Assembly: GCA_964361795.1 (NCBI GenBank)
Contig: CAYIBZ010000004.1
Coordinates: forward strand, 1 to 32,367
Origin: an uncultured Candidatus Saccharibacteria bacterium
GTDB lineage: Bacteria; Patescibacteriota; Minisyncoccia; UBA6257; WO2-44-18
Direction of reading: 5' to 3'
Length of the DNA stretch: 32,367 nt
The position numbers were made by a program, and so were the translations under genes. The notes beneath the pieces are model-generated. The model worked only from the letters and a program-made list of their open reading frames with translations. It searched no databases and was not told where the DNA came from. Below are positions 25,774 through 32,367 of this stretch, in pieces. Within the stretch, counting starts at the first letter, position 1. Each line of letters begins with the position of its first letter.

Positions 25774-26819
25774 ATTTTAATATCGCGAGGGCTTAGAGGA
25801 GTATCTAAAATGTGTTTGTATTTTTCCAAATTCTCAACCACCACTCCGGTTCCTCTGGCAACGCAAGTTAATGGATCATCCACGACGGTTGTCATGACGC
25901 CTAATTCCCTAGCTAATAAAACATCCATTCCTTTTAAAAGACTGCTACCGCCGCAAAGAGAAATTCCTTTCCTAAGCATATCTCCGGCCAATTCAGGAGG
26001 AGCATTTTCCACCACTTCTTTAATTGCTTCAACGATTGTCTTCAAAGATTTAACAATAGCGGCCCGAATATGAGTGTCTTTGACTAAAATTTCTTTTGGC
26101 AAACCAGTGACCAGATCCCGGCCTCTGATCGCGATCTCCATTTTTTGGTCAACGGGAATGGCCGATCCGATAGAAATTTTTAATTCTTCGGCAGTGGGCT
26201 CTCCGATGGCTAAACGAAATTCGTCTCGGATAAAACGAATAATATCGTCATTAAGCCGATCGCCGGCAATTTTCAAACTTTTAGAAATGACCGTGCCGCC
26301 CATAGAGATAATGGCGATTTCAGTCGTGCCGCCGCCAATATCCACAATCATATTGGCTGTCGGCTCGTCAATCGGCAAACGAGCGCCGAGAGCGGCGGCC
26401 AGCGGTTCTTCAATGATGTACGCCCGGGAAGCGCCGGCGCCGACTACCGCGTCTTCAACGGATTTTCTTTCAACTTCCGTTAAATTGCTGGGCACGCCGA
26501 TTACCGCGTTCTGAAAACCAAGAAACGAATTGGATCCTCCAAGTTTTCTTAAAAAATACCGCAAAATTTCCTGGGTCATGTCAAAATCAGAAATCACGCC
26601 GCTGACTAACGGCCGGATAACGCTAACGTGGATAGGAGTTCGGCCAACCATTTTTTTAGCTTCTTCTCCAATAGCCAGAATCTGATTTGTCTTATTGTTG
26701 ATGGCCGCTATAGACGGCTCGTTGACCACGATTCCGCGCCCGGAAAGATAAATCAAAGAATTGGCAGTGCCCAAATCAATACCGATATTTTTTGAAAATA
26801 TGGCAAAAGGAAGTTTCAT
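25770..26819 (-). CDS. mreB: Actin-like rod shape protein MreB
   Basis: IGIDLGTAN, EPSIAA, IEEP.AAA.GA, DIGGGTTE, GE.TAE.LK. Confidence 0.97.
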   Translation of the reverse strand: MKLPFAIFSKNIGIDLGTANSLIYLSGRGIVVNEPSIAAINNKTNQILAIGEEAKKMVGRTPIHVSVIRPLVSGVISDFDMTQEILRYFLRKLGGSNSFLGFQNAVIGVPSNLTEVERKSVEDAVVGAGASRAYIIEEPLAAALGARLPIDEPTANMIVDIGGGTTEIAIISMGGTVISKSLKIAGDRLNDDIIRFIRDEFRLAIGEPTAEELKISIGSAIPVDQKMEIAIRGRDLVTGLPKEILVKDTHIRAAIVKSLKTIVEAIKEVVENAPPELAGDMLRKGISLCGGSSLLKGMDVLLARELGVMTTVVDDPLTCVARGTGVVVENLEKYKHILDTPLSPRDIKI

Positions 26820-26833
26820 GGCTTTATACTAGA

Positions 26834-28060
26834 CTATTTTAATTGCTTTAACAACTGGGTTGGAGAAATTAGTGAAAACTTCTCCGATCCGCGTTTTTTC
26901 AATTCAACTTTGGCGCCGGTTTTCTCGCTGATCACCGCTCTCCAGGACATTCCCAAAAGATCGGCGTCGGCGAATTTTTCTCCAGCTGAAACGTCTCGGT
27001 CATCATACAGAATTTCTGTTCCGGCTTTTTTAAGCTGATTATAAATTCTCTTGCATCTTGATTCCGTCCCGCTTCCTCTGATTTCAATCAAATGAACTTT
27101 GTAGGGCGCCACGGCTGCCGGCCAAATGATGCCTTTTGGATCGTTATAAACTTCCACTAAAGTGGCGAGAATTCTAGTCGGCCCGATCCCGTAAGAACCC
27201 ATAACGACCGGATGGCGGCTTCCTTTTTCGTCGGTAAAAGCCAGATTAAAAGCGTCAGAGTATCTGGTGCCGAGTTTGAAAACGTTGGCTACTTCAATGG
27301 CGGACGAGGATTGGATATCGCCGCCGCATTTTGGACAGCGATTTCCGTTTTGAACAATGGCAATTTCCTTATTTTGAGAAAAATCGCATTGAACGCAATA
27401 AAAAATTAAATCCTCTCCGGCCGGAGCCAAAACCTGAAATTCATGGGTGTATTCTTTGGTAAAGGCGCCCCCGCTGGCTTCCGTGATTCTGGCTTTTAGC
27501 CCCAACCGTTTTAAGATTTTTTGGTACGCCGCTATAACTTGCTGATAATAATTGTCCAGGCTTTCTTTGTCGGCGTGAAAACTATATAAATCTTTCATTA
27601 AAAATTCTCTGCCCCGAAGAAGCCCGTTTTTTGCTCTCGGTTCGGCGCGGAATTTGGTTTGAATTTGATAAACAGCCGCCGGCAAATCTTTATAGGAATT
27701 GATAAAATGGGCGGCCATTGAAGAAATGACTTCCTCGTGAGTCCAGCCGAGAGCGAACTCTTCGCCAAACGGCGACTTGAACTCGTAAGCGATATCCGTG
27801 TGCCAGCGCCGGGATTTGTCCCAATATTCTTTAGCAACTAAAGCCGGCATTAATAATTCCTGCGCGCCGATGGCGTTCATTTCCTCGCGAATGATTCTGT
27901 TGATCTTATCTAAAACTCTCAACGCCAATGGCAAGTAAACATAAACGCCGGAAGAAGATTTTCTAATGAATCCGCCTCGGATTAAAAGTTTTGCGTTAAT
28001 CGCTTCCTCGTCTTTGGGAAAAGTTTTAAGAGTTTTGGTGAAAAGTTTGGACTGAAGCAT
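26834..28060 (-). CDS. proS: Proline--tRNA ligase, short bacterial form without the INS editing domain
   Basis: LL.RGGFI, THEE, YQIQTKFR.E.R...GLLRGREF.MKD.YSF, MGSYGIG, G.KFADADL.G. Confidence 0.96.
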   Translation of the reverse strand: MLQSKLFTKTLKTFPKDEEAINAKLLIRGGFIRKSSSGVYVYLPLALRVLDKINRIIREEMNAIGAQELLMPALVAKEYWDKSRRWHTDIAYEFKSPFGEEFALGWTHEEVISSMAAHFINSYKDLPAAVYQIQTKFRAEPRAKNGLLRGREFLMKDLYSFHADKESLDNYYQQVIAAYQKILKRLGLKARITEASGGAFTKEYTHEFQVLAPAGEDLIFYCVQCDFSQNKEIAIVQNGNRCPKCGGDIQSSSAIEVANVFKLGTRYSDAFNLAFTDEKGSRHPVVMGSYGIGPTRILATLVEVYNDPKGIIWPAAVAPYKVHLIEIRGSGTESRCKRIYNQLKKAGTEILYDDRDVSAGEKFADADLLGMSWRAVISEKTGAKVELKKRGSEKFSLISPTQLLKQLK

Positions 28061-28127
28061 AGCTCCAGTATATTAAATTTCAAACAAAATTGGAAATTGT
28101 TTTTGGGGTGTGTTATTGTGGGCGGCG

Positions 28128-28799
28128 ATGGCTTGGATGATCAAAATAAAAAATTGGGTACTGAACGCGATTTTTCCGACGGTTTGCCTGACAAGCGGCA
28201 TAAAATTAAACAAAACTTTCTTTTGTTCCGTCTGCAAGTCGCGGCTTCCGTACAATAAAAAAACGTGCCATCGATCTGCTCCGTATATTCTGGCGCCGGC
28301 CGCTTCTTATAGCGACGAACAAGTGAGAAAATTGATCTGGCAGTTAAAATACCGGGGTCGTTCCGGCAACGCCATTATGCTGGGAAATTTGCTAATTAAT
28401 TATCTTAAAAATTTGAATATAGCCCGCCAACTGGCGGATGAAAATTTTGTTATTGTCCCTATCCCTCTTTCTAAAAACCGCCTGCGCCAAAGAGGTTATA
28501 ATCAGGCGGCATTGATTGCTAAAATCGTCGCGGAACAAATTCAACTGCCTATTGAAGAGTCAGCGCTAGTGAGAGTTAAAGATTCTTTACCGCAAGCGGA
28601 AACCAAAGACTGGGATCAGCGAAGAAAAAATATAGCCGGCTGTTTTGGCGTTAAAAATCCGGAACAGATTAAAAACAAAAATATAATCCTAATAGACGAT
28701 GTATCCACTTCCGGATCAACTCTGGCCGAAGCAGTCCATCAGCTTAAGGCTTGCGGCGCTAAAAAAATTATTGGATTGGTGGCGGCAAAGGCCGGATAA
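28128..28799 (+). CDS. comF: ComF family phosphoribosyltransferase-like competence protein
   Basis: LKY.G, VPIPL...R...RGYNQA, R..NI.G.F, ILIDDV.TSGST. Likely start ATG 28128. Confidence 0.9.
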   Translation: MAWMIKIKNWVLNAIFPTVCLTSGIKLNKTFFCSVCKSRLPYNKKTCHRSAPYILAPAASYSDEQVRKLIWQLKYRGRSGNAIMLGNLLINYLKNLNIARQLADENFVIVPIPLSKNRLRQRGYNQAALIAKIVAEQIQLPIEESALVRVKDSLPQAETKDWDQRRKNIAGCFGVKNPEQIKNKNIILIDDVSTSGSTLAEAVHQLKACGAKKIIGLVAAKAG

Positions 28800-31377
28800 G
28801 CCATTTTCCGATTTCAATCGCGATTAAATTAACAAGGCCAAAACCAATGACGCCAATCAGCCATGACAGCGGCAAACTGACGGTGCTTAGCAATGATTGC
28901 GCGGGCTCCCAATAAATAGTTCCCATTATTGAACCTAAACCCGCCAAAACTCCGATTAAAAGCACCGGATTGGAAAAAAAATTATAGCCGATAATAGGCT
29001 TGCGCAAACTCCGGACTGAAAAAATCAAAAATAAAGAATAGCTCCCAAAAGAGGCAAAAATAAAAGTTTTCACTAAAGCGGCGTCAAATCCCAAACTTAA
29101 AAGATAATAATACAGCAAAAATAAGAATAAACTGCTGGGAAGGCCGACCACAAAAGTCAGAAAAGCCATTTCTTTGTCAAAAAGATTGCGGGAAATTTTT
29201 CTTTTAGGCCGCGCGAGATAATCTATATGATCCTCAAACGCCAAAGAAACAGCGGGAAAACTGTCAGCGATAAAATTTACAAAAAGTATTTGCAGAGCGT
29301 TAAGAGGCAAAGCGATTCCAATTAACAGCGCGCCGCCAATCAGGAAAAGCTCGCTAAAAATGGACGAAAAAAGATAGACAATTACCTTTCTAATATTTTC
29401 AATGATGCGCCTGCCTTCTTCTATGGCGGAGACAATGGTGGAAAAATTGTCATCCAGCAAAACCAGATCGGAAACGTCTTTGGCGACATCGGTCCCAGAA
29501 CCCATCGCTATGCCAATATCCGCTTGCTTCAAACTGCCGGCGTCATTAATGCCGTCGCCGGTCATCGCGATTGTTTCGCCCAATGACTGAAAAGTTTTAG
29601 CAATTCTTAATTTTCCCTCGGGACTGACTCTGGACACAATCCGCAGAAAAGGAAGTTTTTTCTTTAATTCTTCATCGGATAATAAATCCAGCTCAAAACC
29701 GTCAATAACTTCATCGCGATCAATGTGCATCCCTAATTCTTTCGCGACAGCTTCCGCCGTTCCTTTGTGGTCTCCGGTAACAATAACCGTTTTGACGCCG
29801 GCGCGTTCAACCGTGGCTAACGCTTCTTTGACTCCTTGCCGAATCGGGTCCCTAAAAGAAAATGTTCCTAAAAATTTTAAATTTTCAAAAGTGCTTTTAT
29901 GTCTCAAGGAGACTCCGTCAATCGCGGTTAATTCTCTAACCGCCAATCCTAGAACCCGCTCTCCGCTGTACGCCATCTTATCAACTTCCCTGACCAACTG
30001 ATGCCGTTCTTCTTCTTTTAAATTAGAAAGTTTGATTAAAATTTCCGGAGCGCCCAAGACATTCAGCAAATAGCGCTCTCCGGTTTTTATAATTGAGGCG
30101 GAAAATTTGTTTTTAGAAGTAAAGGGCAAAAAATCAATTTGTTCGGACTCTTTTTTAATGCCATGAAAAGAAATCCCTTCGCGAGCCGCTTCTTTAGCGA
30201 TGGCGATTTCCAAAGGACGGCCGATAATCCGCCATTTGTCATGCGGGTCCCGGGGATTTTCTATGACAACATCCGTGTTGAACAAAGCGTTTTTCAAAAT
30301 TTCGGCTCGGCTGAATTCTTCCGTGAAAACCGATATTTCTGACAGCGTCATTTTGGCTTCAGTAAGAGTTCCGGTCTTGTCCGTTAAAATAATGGAAGTA
30401 TTGCCAAGCGTCTCGGCGGCTATCAGTTTTCTAACCACGCCGTTTCTCTTCGCTAATCGCTGTACGCCAATAGCTAAAATAACCGTCATAGCAACCGGCA
30501 GTCCTTCGGGAACGGCCGACACCGCCACTGCCACCGCGATTAAAAACATGTCTAGAATCGGATGGCCTAAATATATTCCAAAGAAAAATATCGCCGCCGT
30601 TAAAATAGTAAGAAAAATGCTGACCTTCAAGCTAAAATTAAAAATTGAGCGCTGAAGAGGCGTGGTTTCTTTTTCGGCGGCCGCGACAAAACCGGCTATT
30701 TTACCGAGCTCCGTATCGGATCCGGTAGCGCAAACAACGGCATTGGCAAATCCCTGAATAATTGAGGTGCCGCTAAAAACCATTGACCGGCGATCCGCCA
30801 AAACGGCTTTAAAGCTTGACGGTTCGGTGGTTTTAATAACCGGAAGGGATTCGCCTGTTAAAATAGATTCGTCCACAAAAAAGTCATTGATATAAATCAA
30901 CCGGCTATCTGCCGGAACCCGATCGCCTTGAGAAAGATGAACAATATCTCCCGGAACTAAGTCAGCCGATTCTAACTCTATCTCTTGGCCGTTGCGCAAA
31001 ACTCTGGTTCTTTCAACGATATAAGTTTTCAAGTTGGCTAAAGCGGCTTCGGCTTTGTTTTCTTGGTAAAAACCCAAAATAACATTCACGGCCACCGCCG
31101 CAAGAATCGCGATAGTATCGCGATAATCTTCCAGAAATAAGGTGATGCCGCTCGCCGCCAATAAAAGCAATAAGAGCGGGCTTTTGAATTGCCTTAGGAA
31201 AATTTTTAAGCCGGTGGATCCTTTGCTTTTCGGCAAGATATTTTTGTTAAAAACTTGGCGTCTGGCTTCCACTTCGTCGTCCGCGAGCCCAAATTTAGTC
31301 GTTTCCAAGGCATCCAAAACTTCTCTTATCGGCAGAGCCCAGAAAGATCTGCGTAAAATGTCTTTTGTAAGCTGCAT
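28768..31377 (-). CDS. P-type cation-transporting ATPase (type II, Ca2+-pump-like)
   Basis: DES.LTGES, VPEGL, DKTGTLT, TGDH, MTGDGIND, multiple TM helices. Confidence 0.95.
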   Translation of the reverse strand: MQLTKDILRRSFWALPIREVLDALETTKFGLADDEVEARRQVFNKNILPKSKGSTGLKIFLRQFKSPLLLLLLAASGITLFLEDYRDTIAILAAVAVNVILGFYQENKAEAALANLKTYIVERTRVLRNGQEIELESADLVPGDIVHLSQGDRVPADSRLIYINDFFVDESILTGESLPVIKTTEPSSFKAVLADRRSMVFSGTSIIQGFANAVVCATGSDTELGKIAGFVAAAEKETTPLQRSIFNFSLKVSIFLTILTAAIFFFGIYLGHPILDMFLIAVAVAVSAVPEGLPVAMTVILAIGVQRLAKRNGVVRKLIAAETLGNTSIILTDKTGTLTEAKMTLSEISVFTEEFSRAEILKNALFNTDVVIENPRDPHDKWRIIGRPLEIAIAKEAAREGISFHGIKKESEQIDFLPFTSKNKFSASIIKTGERYLLNVLGAPEILIKLSNLKEEERHQLVREVDKMAYSGERVLGLAVRELTAIDGVSLRHKSTFENLKFLGTFSFRDPIRQGVKEALATVERAGVKTVIVTGDHKGTAEAVAKELGMHIDRDEVIDGFELDLLSDEELKKKLPFLRIVSRVSPEGKLRIAKTFQSLGETIAMTGDGINDAGSLKQADIGIAMGSGTDVAKDVSDLVLLDDNFSTIVSAIEEGRRIIENIRKVIVYLFSSIFSELFLIGGALLIGIALPLNALQILFVNFIADSFPAVSLAFEDHIDYLARPKRKISRNLFDKEMAFLTFVVGLPSSLFLFLLYYYLLSLGFDAALVKTFIFASFGSYSLFLIFSVRSLRKPIIGYNFFSNPVLLIGVLAGLGSIMGTIYWEPAQSLLSTVSLPLSWLIGVIGFGLVNLIAIEIGKWLIRPLPPPIQ

Positions 31378-31399
31378 TGTCTTCTCATTATTATAAGAT

Positions 31400-31427
31400 A
31401 AACCCCGCCGATATTCATCGGGGGGTT
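31400..31427 (-). terminator. Probable terminator after the metalloprotease gene
   Basis: Minus strand: AACCCCCCGAT-loop-ATCGGCGGGGTT followed by a short T-run. Confidence 0.55.
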
Positions 31428-31429
31428 GT

Positions 31430-32101
31430 TTATCTTATCGGCATCAAGCCTTTTTCTGCGAATTTGATGTAATCAGATAGAGTAATAAATCCGAAATCGC
31501 GTAAAAGTTCTAATTTATCCCAGTACCGAAGGTCTGAAGTTTTAATTTTTGAAAAGGCGGATTGGCGACAAACGATTTCATCAACGAGGCGCAGGGACGC
31601 GTAAAATTCTTCAACTGTTTCCGCTATATCTTCAAAATAGCTTTGACTGCCATATTTAGTTAAAACACCGTCGCGGGGATAGGATTCGGCGGGATAATTT
31701 TTATGATAAACGTTGCCGGCAAGTCTTTGCCATAAATAAAAAAAATGGCTGCCTCTCATTTTAAGATAATTGGAATAAGCGTGAGCGGCTTCGTGCCACA
31801 GCGAGGAGGAAGCAACCACGCTGGATTGAAAACAAAGTTTTCCGCAAAGAAAATGGCAATGCCCAACAACGGAAGTGTTTTCGTAGTGGCTTACGTCGTT
31901 ATTGACAGTGATAGAAGCAATGCTCTGAACGACATTTTCCGGCAATACTATTAAAAGTTTATCTAAAATCTCTACCTGCTTTTCGGTAAAATTCCCATAA
32001 AGCGGTATGTTGTATTCCGACTTCAGCGGCGATCGTGGAATGCCAGTACAGTTAGTTAAGCAAAGGATGAAAAGAACTGCGGCTCTCCATCGCTTGGCCA
32101 T
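31430..32101 (-). CDS. Zincin metallopeptidase lipoprotein (HEXXH + downstream E)
   Basis: HEAAH and YGSQSYFEDIAE (third-ligand motif), lipobox LTNC, AGGA SD before ATG 32101, promoter TTGCCA-17-TACAAT (32160..32132). Confidence 0.8.
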   Translation of the reverse strand: MAKRWRAAVLFILCLTNCTGIPRSPLKSEYNIPLYGNFTEKQVEILDKLLIVLPENVVQSIASITVNNDVSHYENTSVVGHCHFLCGKLCFQSSVVASSSLWHEAAHAYSNYLKMRGSHFFYLWQRLAGNVYHKNYPAESYPRDGVLTKYGSQSYFEDIAETVEEFYASLRLVDEIVCRQSAFSKIKTSDLRYWDKLELLRDFGFITLSDYIKFAEKGLMPIR

Positions 32102-32144
32102 GCGCGCTTCCTGTTTTAAAAGAACGATGTCATTGTACCTCAAA

Positions 32145-32173
32145 TTGACGGTTTTGGCAACGGGAGTTAATAT
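32145..32173 (+). promoter_or_regulatory. Sigma70 promoter in front of the interrupted tRNA-Ser
   Basis: TTGACG-17-TAATAT, 16 nt upstream of the tRNA 5' end; divergent from and overlapping the metalloprotease promoter. Confidence 0.7.
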
Positions 32174-32189
32174 CTTGGCAGAGCGTCTT

Positions 32190-32278
32190 GGAAGGGTGGC
32201 CGAATGGTTTTCCCGCTTTCAGCGGGATCCCGCAATCATTTATAGTTTATTAAATGTGCGGGAAAGGCGACGGTCTTG
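32190..32278 (+). tRNA. 5' half of tRNA-Ser (probably UGA) with a 53-nt insertion in the D-loop, broken off within the anticodon
   Basis: Removing 32211-32263 gives GGAAGGG TG GCC GAATGGTTTAA GGC G ACGGT CT TG, a canonical class II tRNA-Ser 5' half. The expected A-AA-ACCGT continuation is absent from the window. Confidence 0.8.
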
Positions 32279-32288
32279 CCCCGCCTGA

Positions 32289-32367
32289 ACATTTGTATCT
32301 AAATTAAAGAAGTTTGAAAATAAGATTGCGGCTCGCAAACGAGAATTACAAATAAAATCTTATAAGA
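32289..32367 (+). pseudogene. C-terminal remnant of a GIY-YIG endonuclease (runs off the window)
   Basis: Frame reads TFVSKLKKFENKIAARKRELQIKSYK, matching the GIY-YIG helix motif F..K..A.KRE.QIKSYK. It is preceded by an in-frame TGA and has no start codon or GIY/YIG motifs. Confidence 0.65.

Noticed and set aside
679-31954. Numerous 60-150 aa antisense or out-of-frame ORFs inside core genes (e.g. 14413..14829, 26074..26514, 30200..30655, 11306..11620)
   Set aside because: They are shadows of well-supported genes with no motifs or expression signals.
32270-32286. Reading the tRNA as tRNA-Ala(UGC)
   Set aside because: The bases after TGC (CC-CGCCT) cannot pair with the ACGGT anticodon stem, and the acceptor and D-arm are Ser/class II-like.
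32007-32288. 93-aa + strand ORF at the right end
   Set aside because: It spans the antisense of the metalloprotease start, two promoters and the tRNA, and has no coding features.

Overview
Low-GC bacterial genome segment using genetic code 11, most consistent with a CPR/Patescibacteria (Parcubacteria-like) organism. The supporting signs are domain-trimmed aminoacyl-tRNA synthetases, rplK without a downstream rplA, and GC-rich palindromic repeats. Core genes: probable nusB 5' end, rpmF, intein-containing dnaE, thrS, gatB, rplK-nusG-secE, gyrB, pheST, dedA, galT-like, mrdA-mreD-mreC-mreB, proS, comF and a P-type ATPase. Between them sit self-contained accessory units, typically promoter + boxA-like leader + Shine-Dalgarno + ORF, usually with a terminator. 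These are two lipoprotein proteases with near-identical signal peptides, a dCMP deaminase + two nucleoside-deoxyribosyltransferase-like genes + unknown gene operon, a lone paralog of that unknown gene, a CRIPT-like Cys-rich microprotein, a small membrane protein, a membrane-anchored unknown and an ATP-dependent DNA ligase with a KxNG motif. A RelBE-type toxin-antitoxin pair follows rplK. There is also a ~380-nt highly structured intergenic element. At the right edge is the 5' half of a tRNA-Ser interrupted by a palindromic D-loop insertion and by a GIY-YIG nuclease remnant at the anticodon. All calls come from reading the sequence by eye; no searches were run.
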